A stretch of 64,000 nt of DNA from assembly GCA_004431415.1 (NCBI GenBank), contig QPMI01000666.1, forward strand, positions 1 to 64,000, in the 5' to 3' direction. A program made the position numbers and the translations under genes. The notes below the pieces were generated by a model. The model was not told where the DNA came from. It saw nothing but the letters and a program-made list of their open reading frames with translations, and did no database searches. Numbering within the stretch: the first letter of the stretch is position 1; each line of letters starts with the position of its first letter. Of the stretch, positions 51,210-63,749 are shown piece by piece. This DNA is from Cyanophora paradoxa CCMP329 (taxonomy: Eukaryota; Plantae; Glaucophyta).

Positions 51210-53237
51210 TCGAAGCATGATATTTGAGTTAAAATGAGATATTCAGACTATGTACATCATGACCACAAAGCGGGAAGTCCGTGTGAGTACTGGGTCTTTG
51301 AGCCGCCGGGCATGTTCGAGCTGCAGGCCTTCCCCGCGCACGCGCGGGTCCGGCCCACTGCGCTTGAGTGAAAAGCCAGTGCTAGTGCGGGTTAACCCGC
51401 GGCCGGAAGCCTTGACAGGGCCCGCGGCCCGACCGCCGCGGCGGTACGCCGTGATAACCCGAGGGCACCTGCGCATGCCCGTGCTAGCGCTCCGCCGCGT
51501 GCCGCGGGTGCAGCTCGAAGCGGAGCGCGCCCTGCGGGCTCGTGTATGTTCTAAAGAAGATGAACATGCGACTGCAAGCGGCGAGAGCCTCGGGGAGGCC
51601 GAGCAGCTAAAGTCGCCCGCGGCTTAGGCCGCGCGCGGGGAAGTCCGACTTGCGATTGGCGAGCCTCGGAGCGCGGGCCGCCGTGCGCTGATCATGATCA
51701 TGATCATTTCGGGTCCGGCCACAAAGCTTAAGTTCCCTGCCAGGCTGTAGCTCGCCATCCCATCCCTCGTTCCAAACAACGCAATATGCTGAAAGCGTAC
51801 AGTCGAGTGCTTGATCATGACAGAATACGCATGAACAAATGCTATGCTATGCTATGGGCGGCGGCAGAGAGCGCCTGTTGCCGCAGCCGCAAGGAGCGCC
51901 AAGGATGCTTGCGGCGGGAGCCAGGAGAGCCGGCCACAGCGGCGGGGCTATGAGGGGCGCGGGCTGGGAGCCGGCTGGCCGCGGCGGGGACGATGGAACG
52001 CCGCGCGACGACGGGCAGCGCCGGATGGCGCAGGGCGACAGAAAACTGGCCGAGGCCGGCGGGCAGCGCCGGGTGCATGCGGCGGGGAGAATGGGGCGGC
52101 ACGGAACGCACGGGACGCAACAGATAGCGGCCGTGTGCCGCGTCGGGGCGAGCAGAAGAACTGGCGGCGGAACGGTGAGCAATTGGCGACGACGCAAAAG
52201 AAAGAGAAAGGAAAGCGTCGCACCGGAACAAGCGGGACGCGCCTACAGCTGACAAAGCTTCGATGCGCAGCTGCTAGCTGCGAGTATCGCCGCCACCGTA
52301 ACCGTTCTGCAGCATGCCAGCAACTGGAGCATGAGAGAACAGCGGAAGGACGGCGCACGTCGCGGGGCCACGAACCATGTGAAGTGCGATGATTGACGAA
52401 AGCGAAATGTCTCCGCACTGTTTCCCTGCGGACAGACTGCGTCGCACAGCTGGGAGGCAGGATCCGCGCACCTGGCCGGAAAAGCAACGCTCTGACCTGC
52501 GCAGGCTCTTATAATGAGTCTTTGGAGCCATTCTACACAGCTGGAACGCTTAGCTGTGGCCGGGATTCGCCCAGGACCATGTGACCGTTGCATGCGATTC
52601 GCTAAAACGACCGCACCGGCGCCTCCAGTCCCGCCTCAACATCTTCTGAGTTGTCACAGAGTCCTCTCAAGCTGCTGAGCTGCGCGAGAGACGAGGTGGT
52701 CAGGAAAACCTGCCGGCAAGCCGGCAAGCGTCGCACCTGCGGACGGCCTGGCTTGCGATGACGTCTGCCCGGTATTGAACCTGCGGACGACGGCGCGCGC
52801 GCGTGCGCTGGCAGGTGCGAGCGCCGGGGGCGAGAGGTTGCTTGGCAGCGGGCGGGCGGTCTGTCTAGATCTGTACCCGACGACGGACGTTGCCAACTGG
52901 ACGTGTTCGCGAACTTGCTCGCGAAAAAATGATGATGATCATTATGATGCATCATGCATCATGAGTTCCGAGAACTGGCTCTAACACGCCTATTTTCCCA
53001 TTGATGCTCCATCCCCAGCGTTTTTCCGCCCGTGAAGCACTGTGATGCACACACACACATATATATATATATGGCATGATCCCGGGATCTCTCGGTGTCT
53101 GAGACCGTGTCTCATCGAGCTGGGTACACCTCACATCTGTTCCTTCATCTGGGTACACCAACCCACAGTCGTGGTTTAAGCTCAACCCCGGCCCGACAAA
53201 CTCGAACCAACCCGACAAGCCGGCGCCCCGCGGTGGC

Positions 53238-55625
53238 ATGGGCGATAGCGCGGATGGCTACGAGGTCTGTCCTGCACGCGGCGCTTCATTACCACTGATG
53301 TGGTTCTAGGATGGTTCTTCGACTCAGCTAAAGCGCAGGTCGTGCGGAGGCTGGGACGAGGTGCATTCGCGCCTACTCGCTTTTGTCTGTGCTCGCCGCG
53401 TGCTCGAGTGCTCGCCGCCGCCGGACTGCATAGAACCAGAAAGAGCATTCAATGCGCATTCGCCCTCAGGCGCTTTCGGAGTCGTCTTGCTGGTGAGACG
53501 CAAGGCTGATCACAAACTCTACGCAATGTAAGCTTGTCTGCGAGCGCAGCGCAAATGCTGTAGCTGACGGCGGCCCCAGGAAGCGGGTGTCTTTGACAAT
53601 GCTGCCCTCTCTGGATCGCCTCAAGGCGTTAAACGAGGCCCGCATATTGGCGAGCGCTCAACACGCGTGCCTCGTTACCTACAAGAGTTCGTTCGTGGAC
53701 CGGGACGACCTCTGCATCGTCATCGAGTTCTGCGAGGTTCCCCGCGTGTCGCAGTGCCCTTCTAATCGATTTTTACACGCTATGCTTGCTTGGTTACTGA
53801 TGCTATGCCCAATGGCAGGGCGGGGATCTTGAAAAAAAGGTCAGCAATTGCAATTGCATCCTTTTTTTATTCATATCTGCCTTGCTCTGCAAAACTACCT
53901 TGCTGGATCGTAATCTTAGGTCTTATCATAATCATCCGTCCTATCCGTAATCGAGTACCAAGCCTTGAAGAAAAGGCTAATCGCAATCGTAAAGGCTCTC
54001 GATTACGCTGATCGTAATCGTCGTCGGTCCGGCTGCTCTAATTATTCCTAAGGCGCTTAATTCTTATCGCCATTGTACTCTTGAAGCCCCCTAATCGTAC
54101 TCGTAATTCTAGCAGCCGCTGAGCTTAACTCTATCGTAACCGGGATGACTGCAGATCCGGCAAAAGACGAAGGACGGTTCGCGGTTCACGGAGGACCAGA
54201 TCTGGGCGGTGCTCATCCAACTCCTCCTGGCCCTCCGTCATCTCCACTCTCTCCGGATCGTTCATAGGGATGTGAAGGCAGCCAATGTTTTTTTACGCCG
54301 CGTGAGTGTCGGAGTGTGTCCGTGCATGTGAGCGTCCTTCGCGCCCGCTTCGACGCGCCGCCCGCAGAACGGAACCGTCGTCCTTGGAGACTGCGGCATC
54401 GCCCGCGTGCTGAAGGCCCCCGATGAGCTAGCCCGGACACAGGCACGATTGGCTCCTCCCGCCCCGGCATGGCCCTGAACGTGTGGCAGGTGGGAACACC
54501 ACTCTATATGGCCCCCGAGGTAACCTTCGCGGACCGCGGGCCGCGCTTTGCGGGCGGCCGAGCGGCGAGGCGCAGATCTTCCGAGGCCAGCTGTACTCGG
54601 CGAAGGCGGACATCTGGAGCCTCGGCGTGCTTTTGTACTGGCACGTTCGCCGCCCGCCGCATCCGCCCGTTCTCATGCCGTGCAGGATGTCTTCCCTGCG
54701 TGCCCCCTTCGACGCCAGCTCCCTCCCCGAGCTCGCTCGGAGGGTCGTCACCGGTGCACCGTGCCTCCCCCTCCCCCCCGCCCCCGCCCCGCCCAACCGC
54801 CCCACGCAGGCGTCCGTCCCGCCCTCCCAGCCACCGTCGGCGGCGAGTTGCGCGGTGTGATTGAGGCCGCGCTGCGACCCGACCCTGCGGCGCGCCCCTC
54901 TGCGGCCGCCCTTCTCTCCAGTGCCCTCCCCCCCCTCCCCCCCTTCCGCGCGCGCTTCTCTTCAGCCTCACCCCGCGTAGTGCCCTGCGTGCAGGCCCGC
55001 CGCCACTCTATGTCTCCCGCCTTCGCTCCGCTGGGGATCCCTCCACCTTCCGAGACCCTCGGTGCCTTCGTCCTCGCCTCTCCGGTACCGCCGGCCCCAT
55101 CACGCCTCCTGCCCACCGTCCGCGTGCGCATGTTTTTTCTTCAATTTTCTGTGCCGTCAATCGCGAGGCTCATCGTCTTTCTCAGGCACCATCAGAGCTC
55201 CCCGCGCCAAACTTTCTGCTCCCTCCCTCACGCCCAGCATCCCTTCATGGCCAACGCGGAGCGCAAGCTCAACCAAGCGAATCGTCGGTCCCGGAGCTGA
55301 CACCCTCCCCATCGCCTGGGCAACCACCGGCTCTCATCGGCGCCCCGGGCCTCCTGCGGCCGAGCCAGCTCCCTCCGCTTCAGTCGTGGCTCGTCGCCCG
55401 AGTCAACCCGCCTTCAGCTGCGCCACAGGAGTTGCGCCCGCCGAGTGGCCCGCCGGCACGCGCAGCCCGGGCCCACAGGCAGCGCGCCGCAGGCATGATC
55501 GCCCTGCCGCCTCTCCTGCACGCCCCCCGCTTCGCGGCCTAGTCCGCCGCGCTCGCGCCGATCTCGTGACGGCGCGGCGCGCACCCATGTCTCATGATCA
55601 TGTGAGCTTTAGCCCGCAGGGCTAG
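53238..55625 (+). CDS. NIMA-related (NEK) Ser/Thr kinase
   Basis: Spliced YEVVRRLGRGAFG, YAMKRV, ALNEARIL, LCIVIEFCEGGDL, HRDVKAAN, LGDCGIARVL, VGTPLYMAPE, KADIWSLG; 3' end uncertain. Confidence 0.9.
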
Positions 55626-56007
55626 GGCTAGGGATAGCGCTAGTGCAGCAGTTGGAGGAACAGTGTACGTCTCTAAGAGCGCATCCGCATGGGCGCTAAC
55701 TTCGGCGGGGCCGCGCCGGGCGCGCCGGAAGCTTCCACGCGCACTGTTAAGCATCCAACTTGGCATTAGCGTTGCGCATGCCCGCCGGCGCGCCGTCGAC
55801 GTCAAGCGCCGGCTGGCCCAGCTCGCTCTGCGCGCATGCAGTGGATCAGGCCGGGCACTAGCTGCGCTGCGAGCGCTAGCGCTAGCGAGCCATGCAGGCG
55901 CCGGCGCGACCACGTACTTTCGCGTAGCGCGTACCCCCCACGAACAGGCTGACTAGCCACTTGTCCCCCGAGTCCCCTGCTTCGTCTGCTCTGCGCTTTG
56001 CAGCACG

Positions 56008-57753
56008 ATGACGGGTGGGAAAACCGACATGAGCACGGCAGCCGTGCCAGCTTCGTCGCTCACCGAGGAGCAGCGGACGGCCCTGAAGGCGAAGATCCTT
56101 CGGCAGGTGAGCGCTTCTTGTGAGCCCTGCTCGTGCGCGAGCACTCTGGAGCGCCCCGCGCTCCCCGAGTCGGGCACCGCCCGTCGACCCGTTTCGTCCG
56201 ATCCAGGTCGAGTACTATTTCTCGGATGCGAACTTCCCAGGCGACAAGTTCCTTAACGAGAAGGCCAAAGAGGACCCCGAGGGGTGTATCCTTGAGCTCG
56301 CGCCTGCCCCGGCGGCTTGGCGATCACGGCATGCGTACACGAGGGCTCGCCGCCCCCCGTAGCTGCGCTTCTTGATCGCAGCGGCGCGCACTGATGCGCA
56401 GTCATTCCTGTGGAGACGATCGCCTCGTTCAACAGGATGAAGGTCCTCACGGCGGACCTCGACTTCATCAAGGAGGTGCTGAAGGAGTCGGACCAGCTCG
56501 TCCTCAGCCCCGACGCCAGCAAGCTCAAGCGCGCGTTCCCCATTCCTGACGAGGACACCTCCAATCCCCGCTCTATCTACGTGGTTCGGCCCGCCGCCCT
56601 CCGCTGGTTCGGGCGGAGCGTGAACGGGGCGGCGGGGAGCAGAAGGGGCTCGCTGCGGAGACGACGATTGACGACGTGCAATCAATGTTCGACCCCATCG
56701 CTAAAGTGCTGCGCGTGCGGCTGCGGCGGGACCTCAACTCGCGCAAGTTTAAGGCGCGGCGGGCTGCGGGGGCTGGGCTCCGCGGTGCGCTGAGGGCAGG
56801 TGCAGGGGTCAGTGTTCGTGGAGTTCGGGAGCGCGGAAGAGGCGAAGAAGGCGGTGGAGGCTCGCCCCAAGCAGGGCGGCAAGGAGCTCGAGATCAAGAT
56901 GAAGTGCGGCGCCGCGCGGGGCCGCCCGGCGGGGGCCGACGCGCCGCGCCAGGGAGGAGTGGCTGGAGGAGAAGAAGAAGGAGACAGACGAGAAGAAGTC
57001 CAAGGAAGCCGCCAAGGCCGAGGCTAAGGCCGCGCGGGAAGCCGGCGGCCAGGGCGGCGCCGGCGGCAAGAAGGATGCTAAGGGCGGCAAGCCGCAGAGG
57101 CCCGAGAAGCCGAACGAGAAGGCGTGCGAATTTTGTCGGGCCCTGGGGCCGGGCCGGGGCGCGGGGCGGGGGCGAACAGGGCCGGCAGGTGGCGGGCGCG
57201 ATCCTCAAGTTTGAGCTGAAGGAGAAGGACGCGAAGGTGTCGCGGGAGACGCTCCGCAAGGCCATCGAGCCGCACGCCAAGCCCGAGTTCATCGAGTTCA
57301 AGATCTCCGAGGCGCGCTCTGCCCCCGCCCCGCCCCCCGCGCGGCCCCGGCCCCCTCCAATCCCCCAAGCAGACGGTCGGCCACGTCCGCTTCGCGGGGG
57401 AGGGCAGCGCGAAGACCGCTCTCGAGAAGCTCACCGGCGCCGGCGTCAAGCTCGCCGAGGGGGTCCGCCCCGCTCTCGGCCGTGGGGCCCCGCGGGGCCC
57501 GAACCTCTCGCAGGAGGTGACCCTGTCGGTGCTCGAGGGGGAGGCCGAGGAGGAGTACTGGAAGAAGATCGCCGAGGGCCGCAAGCGCGACGCCGGCGGC
57601 CGCGGCGACGGCGGCAACAAGCGCAAGGGCGGCCGCGGCGGCGGCCGGGGCCGGGGCCGGGGCGGCCGAGGCGGGCGCGGAAAGCGGCAGAAGACGGGCG
57701 GAGACGACGAGGGCGGCGACGGCGGCGATGGCGGCGACATGGGAGACGATTAG
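56008..57753 (+). CDS. SSB: La protein (La motif, RRM1, RRM2, RGG tail), 8 introns
   Basis: KILRQVEYYFSDANFPGDKFL, GFIPVETIASFNRMK, RSIYVKG, FKGSVFVEF, VLEGEAEEEYWKKI. Confidence 0.93.
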
Positions 57754-57911
57754 CTAGAGGCGGCGCCCCGGCTCACGGCCCCTGGCCCCCTAGTGTTGCT
57801 CCCCAGGTCCCCAAGAGTGCAACGAAACTGGCGGCACCCGGGCGACGAGCTCTGAGAGTGCAGATTGCATTCCTGGACGAGCGCTTCAAGACCGGGGGGC
57901 CGGAGTGGGGG

Positions 57912-59303
57912 TCAAGGAACAGGCCAAGGGAGCTCGCGGGAGAAGCGCTGGAGGGAGGAGACGGAAAGGGAGCGCTGCCGCGAGGCCGCAGAGGGGCGGT
58001 TGCCGAGCGCGTCCCCCGCAGGGGCCGGCGTCCCGCGTGCCGTGCTCGATGGGGAGTGCGGGGTGGAGCAGGGGGCCCCAACGGCGGGGAGGGGCCGCCA
58101 GCGGCCGCGCGAGTCGGCCGATGGAAGCCCCTCGAGGGCGAGGGCCTGCGGCGGGATGAGGCGCGGCGGGCAGGAGGGGCGGTGGGGCGGCGGGGCGGGT
58201 GGCGCGCCTGCATCGCCTCCGAGAGGAGCGCCTCCTCCTCGTCCTCCCCCTCCGGCCCACTCCCCGCGCCCCCTGCGCGCCCCGCGTCTCGGGCGCATTC
58301 CCCGCGGGCAGCGGTGCCGAGCACCTCGGAAGGGGGAGGCGGCGGTGGGGGGCACGAGGAGCTCGATGGGGGCCGGGCTGCTCTTCGGGGCGGGGGCCAA
58401 ATTGGCCTGGCTCGGAAGGGGCTTAAGGCGGATGGTCGGGTGCCGGGTGATACGGACGCCGCCCCAGAGCCAGCGCGGTACCTGCAGGCGGGGCGCGGTG
58501 AGGCCGGCGCGGCGGGGGGCGGGGCAGGGCGGGGGTGGGCGCGCGCCTCCTCGGGGACCGAGAGCTCGCCCTTGAAAGACTCCACAAAGAGTGACTCGTC
58601 CCTCAGAATCTCCCCCCCCTTCGTGTACCTGTCTCGCCTTCAGCGCCCCGAACCCGCCGCCCGTCCCCGCCCAGCCCCCGCCCGCCCCCCGCACCGGCAG
58701 AACTCCGAGTAGATCACAGAGAGGGCCCAGTTCTGCAGCTTTCTCAGGCACATGATGATCAGGCCGGTGTTGTGCGAGCCGTCCAGGCAGTGGATGAACA
58801 CCGGCTGCCGCACGCGGTCTACGAGGGTCTGCGCCGCCAAGTGGCCGCCGTCAACACGCACGCCGTGGCTCGGCCCGAAGGGCGGAAGTGCTCGCCTCGA
58901 GGATGTGCGCGACAGTCGTCGGGGCGATGTTGACAGACTCGTTGAACTTCTCCACCGTGAACAGGAGATTCGTGATCCCATGTCTCTCGCAGAATTCGAG
59001 GAGCTCCCGCGTCGGCGGGTTCGGGATGACGGAGATGATCGTGCGCAGCTTCAGCCTGCCGATGTGTTCGCACGCGCGGCATGTAGGGGCAACGCCGACT
59101 CACCGCTTCAGGAACCTGAAGTTCTTCACGGTTGGATACGCGCCTGTGCGCGCGTCAGATGGCGCGACACGCGGCGATTGCAGGAGCACCTCGAAACACG
59201 CCCTCTTCGACCTGAGCGAATCGGAAGGGCTGCGTGCGACGCTGTCAGCGCCGCAACCGCGCGGGGCGGGCTCGCCACGGACAGGAATTAGCTGCAGCGC
59301 CAT
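57912..59303 (-). CDS. Siw14/PFA-DSP family Oca6-like (pseudo)phosphatase
   Basis: LIPPFRFAQVEEGVFRGAYPTVKNFRFLKRLKLRTIISV; PVFIHCLDGSHNTGLIIMCLRKLQNW; 3' end uncertain. Confidence 0.88.
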
Positions 59304-59519
59304 ATCGTGCAACTCAGCGTTTCATGTCGCCCCCGCCGCGCTGTCGTTCATCGCTGGGGATACACGAAGACTGTGACGAAGTCTAGGTGGGGATACGCAA
59401 CTTGTTGGGATAATACAATACCCACACAAGACGTCTAAAAGGAGAAGTGCGGGAAGAGCAAGTACAGGCCAGCCCCGGCAGGAATTGTCTGCAGCTAGAA
59501 CGTCCGACGCCTCGCCAGC

Positions 59520-61634
59520 ATGGGCTGCGGCTCCTCGACGCCCGCAGCGGCACCTGTAGCTCCCGAGGGCGGGGGCGCCGCGGCAGCACCTAAGCCAGCC
59601 GTGGGCACATCGGCTGCAGATCCAGGGCCCGTGACAGCTGCCCCGAAGCATGGTCCGTGCCGAACCCCAAGCTCGTCTCTCGAGCTAATCCCGCTGTGTA
59701 GGCTGGCTATGTAAGGGCTCCGCCTTCAACGAGAAGAAGAGGCAATGGTGGAGCCTGCACGATCACCGGCTCTGGTACTCCAAGTCCGAAGCTGTACGGT
59801 CCCCCCGCGAGCTATCCCGCTCCCTCCGTGAACTCCCCGGCAGGAGAAGCCCGAGGGCGACATCGCGCTTGCGGGCTGCTCTAAGGTGGTGGGCACGAAG
59901 GACAACGCCTTCGAGGTAATCTATGCAAACGGGTCAAAGGAGACATTCGCTGCCGCCTCCGAGGCTGACCAGAAAGCGTGCGCAACTGCGTCCGCCTTTC
60001 CTCGTTCCGCCACTCAGATCTCTTTGTAACAGATGGGTCGAAGCTATCTACAACGCGACCCACTACGTGCGCTAGGCCGCTGCGCACTCCGGGTGCAAGC
60101 TGACGCGCTGTTCCCCAGGGCAACATCAACGACAAGTACGAGGTCAAAGACCAAATAGGAAGGTCTGTTTTCGTCCTATGCGAGCGGTCCGATCCTCGAA
60201 GCTCGAGCCGCTCCGTGCAGCGGCGGTTTCTCCGAAGTTCGGATCGGAAAGGAGAAGGCGACGGGCATAGAGTGGGCAATCAAGATCATCTCCAGGTGCG
60301 CAACTTTGCTAGCTTGGAAGGCGATTGCTTTTTTATCGTCTAGCAGGAAAACGTTCACGCAGAACAAGAAGGACTTGCTAACAGAGATCGCCATCATGCG
60401 TGCGGTCCGTCGCGAGTCTCCGCGCTTGATGCTAGGGCCGCCTGATCATCCTCCCCGCAGGTCCGGCACGCGAATATAGTGCACCTGAACGAGGTCATCG
60501 AGTCGCGAGAAAGCTTGCATTTCGTCCTCGAGTAGTGCGGCCGCCCCTCTGCCTGCGGACTTGGCCCTTTGCTGAGAGGGCGGGCAGCATGAGGGGCGGA
60601 GACCTGGTGACGCGGATTTTAGAGAGGGGCTCGCAGTCGGAAAAGGACGCGGCGTCGGCGGTGAAGCAGGTGCTGGCGGCGGTGGCTTACCTGCATGAGA
60701 CGGGGATCGTGCACCGCGACCTCAAGCTCGAGAACTGCGTTTATTCCAACAACGAGAACACGTCCCTCATAAAGCTCATCGACTTCGGCCTCTCGAAGGT
60801 CGCCCTGCCTGCGCCTTCGCCGTCTCCATTACCCCCCCCCCCCCCCCCCCCCCGTTTTTCTTTACCCCCGCCTCTCCCCCTCTTCCTGCCGTGCAGCAAC
60901 GACCCGCTCATGCCCACGATCCGCATGCAGTTTGACGGCAGGTCCGAGCCAGGTCCCTACAGGCTCGTTGGCACCCCCGAGTACATGGGTGCGGCGCCTC
61001 CGTCGGCACCTGCGAGGGGCGCTCACTGTCGCGCAGCGCCGGAGATCTTGCGTCAGAAGGGATACGATAAGCCGGTGGACATGTGGGCTTGTGGCGTGCT
61101 CACGTACATTTTGTAAGCGGCATGGCGTGGCGCGGCGGGGGCGGGGGTGACGGGCCGCGCAGGCTGTCGGGGTGCTACCCATTCAGCGGAGACACGAACG
61201 AGGCGACGTTCCGAGAGATCTTGCGGGCGCGCGTCGACTTCCCAGACTCGGAGTGGGCTCACGTTTCGGAGGGCGCCAAGAGCCTCATCCGGAGGCTTCT
61301 CGAGGCGGACCCCGCCAAGCGGCTTACAGCGAAGCAGGCGCAGCAGGATCCGTGGATCACGGGCAACGCGCCAGACACGCCGCTGCCGCAAACGAACATC
61401 GACAACCTGCGGAGGTACCTGGCGCGGCGGCGACTGAAGAAGGCAGTGCACGGTGTGATGGCCGTCAACATCCTCAACATGCTCCAGCTCCAGCACCACG
61501 GCGGCAGCAAGGCCGACATGAACGCCAATGCCTCAGCTCGTCTCGCTGGGGCATCCACCCCGGTCCTCGCTGCTGCTGCGGCTGCTGCCGCCGACGGCAA
61601 GACGGGCGATGTGCAGGCCCCCTCCGACGAATGA
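59520..61634 (+). CDS. PH-domain CaMK-group kinase with N-terminal MGCxxS acylation motif
   Basis: MGCGSS; PH exons (GWL.K...LWYSK...PEGDIAL...WVEAI); HRDLKLEN, DFGLSK, GTPEY, DMWACGV; C-terminal ARRRLKKAV CaM-binding-like helix. Confidence 0.9.
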
Positions 61635-62322
61635 GTGTCCCTTCTGCTGACCGCCTGTGCTAGTGTTACAAGATTATATGTATCATCCCGTATGAATCCA
61701 CAGCGCGTTTCTATTCATCTATCGATATTCTGTGACTGTTGCATGTGGCCTGACATCCTTTGTTAGTCTGCCTGCTGATGAGTCAGTGCTGACTGACAGT
61801 GAAGACGAGCAATGATGAGATGCAGCATGCACGTGCGGCCAAGGCAGCGCTAGTCACTGATCATCATGCCATGATGGCTTAATGAGTCTGCACCGACTGT
61901 CTCAGTGCACGCCGTGTGACGAGCGCGCCTGTATGCAGCCCGGCGGCGGGGCGCCGGGGCCGCGCGCCCAATCGGGCCTCATGATCAGGCCCTGAGGGCC
62001 TGGCGGGGCCCGTGCCATGGCCATGGCCATGATGGCGCGGCCAGCAGCAGTGGCAGATTCAGAACTCCCCGCGAGCTTACTGACGTGCTTATTGGTATCA
62101 TATGCATGATCATGAATATTACTAAGTTACTATTTACGTTACTAGCTGGCACGTTGATAAAGTCAAGATGTTGTCGGTCGCGTCTGAAATGCATATACCC
62201 CGCTCGTTACCGATTTTTCAGCTAATTACTAGTTCAACCAGGCTAACTCTAGATCTAGGGCCACATACTATGATAGGTCAGTATAGAACCGATTTCTGGG
62301 CTACAGGGGGCTAAGCATACAT

Positions 62323-63749
62323 CTACACTCTTGCGGGCATGTCGAGGGACTTGCGGGCGACCGACCGCTCCTTGGCGTTGGTGCCAGCAGTGGCCGCCGG
62401 GCGTCGGGATCCGCCAGCTGTCATTGAAAGGGTTCGAGGTGTAGACACCGCGGTGGCACTCGGGACGGGGCTCTCCCCATTGCCGTCCCCGGCGCGGTCG
62501 GCGGGGGCCGGCGGTGCATCGCATTCGAGGACTACCTTCGACGGGTCCACTATGACCTCGGGGCCCTCGCCGCCTTCCCCGCCGCCATCCGCGGGAGGTG
62601 GGTGGCGCCCTTCCGCTGCTGCTGCTGCTGCCGCCGCAGATGCTGCCGCCGCAGATGCTGCCGCCGCCGCAGATGCTGCTGCCGCCGCCCCCGCAGTGGC
62701 TTCTGATGTGGGCTGCGCCCCTGAAGGAGACGCCCCGGGGGGGGCGGGGCTTGCGGATTGCAGGGGGTCGGCGTCGGACGAGGGCATGGATGAGGGGGCG
62801 GAGGAGGGCCCGGCAATCTGGGCGGGGGTGGCCGAGCGGGAGGCGCCGTCCGAGGTGGAGGCGGTGGCGGCGGCCTTGACGGCTTCGCCGCGCGTGATCT
62901 CGATCGAAGTCCGCTCTACACTCCGCGCCCCACTTTTGTTGCCCCCACTGCGCGACCCACGTCAGATCGCCCCGCGCCGCCTGGAGCGGGACTCACTTTT
63001 TGTACGACGCCGTCTCAGGGTCTGCGGGGAAAGGCGTGAGGGGCAGAAAGATTCTCGAGGGTGCGCGCGAGGGCGCACTGATGGCGGGCAGCTCCTGCAT
63101 GGGGACCAGCTTGTGGAACTTGTCCACGCTCTCCGAGAGCTGCTTGTCGTAGTCCGACGCTTTCTTCATGAAGAGTGGCGAGAACGTCCTCAGCCAGAAC
63201 GACCCACGCTGCAACGACTGGTTCACGTCCGCCACCCCTTGGCACATCTCTGCAATTGGCAGTCAGCAGCCGCCGCGCGAACGATCAACCCACGCGCGCC
63301 TGTAACCACGCGCTTCACGTCCAACGACACCCTGCGCCCCATGCCATGAGACTACGCGGCACGGGCTAGCAGGAAGGGCCACCATTCCGCCTTGGTCATG
63401 AGGAGCAGTATTCGTCGGACCTGTCGCGGTCGTGAGCTTGACGTATGCGCCAGCGGAAACTGTCTGCACACCTTTTCAAGAGTTGCTAGCATAGGCAGCT
63501 CCAGTTTTCCCTTCCGAATGCGGCTGATTTCGTGCACGATCTGCGGCGACAGCGTTTCGACCCTCGACGACGGGAGGCCGGATCGATCGGGGTCGCCAGG
63601 AGCCGCGCACGGAGTACAGGTTGTCAAACGCATCTCCAACACGGCCTATGAAAGCCGAATCTGTGCCGAGAAGAGCCCGTGAGCACAAATGCGAAGCCGC
63701 AGGCCGTGGCGCGCTGAGGCTTGAAAAGTGACGTCGGCGGCGCACCCAT
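62323..63749 (-). CDS. Hypothetical multi-exon protein with an Ala/Pro-rich tail
   Basis: Coding-like exons separated by GT-AG introns; family not recognised; start uncertain. Confidence 0.45.
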
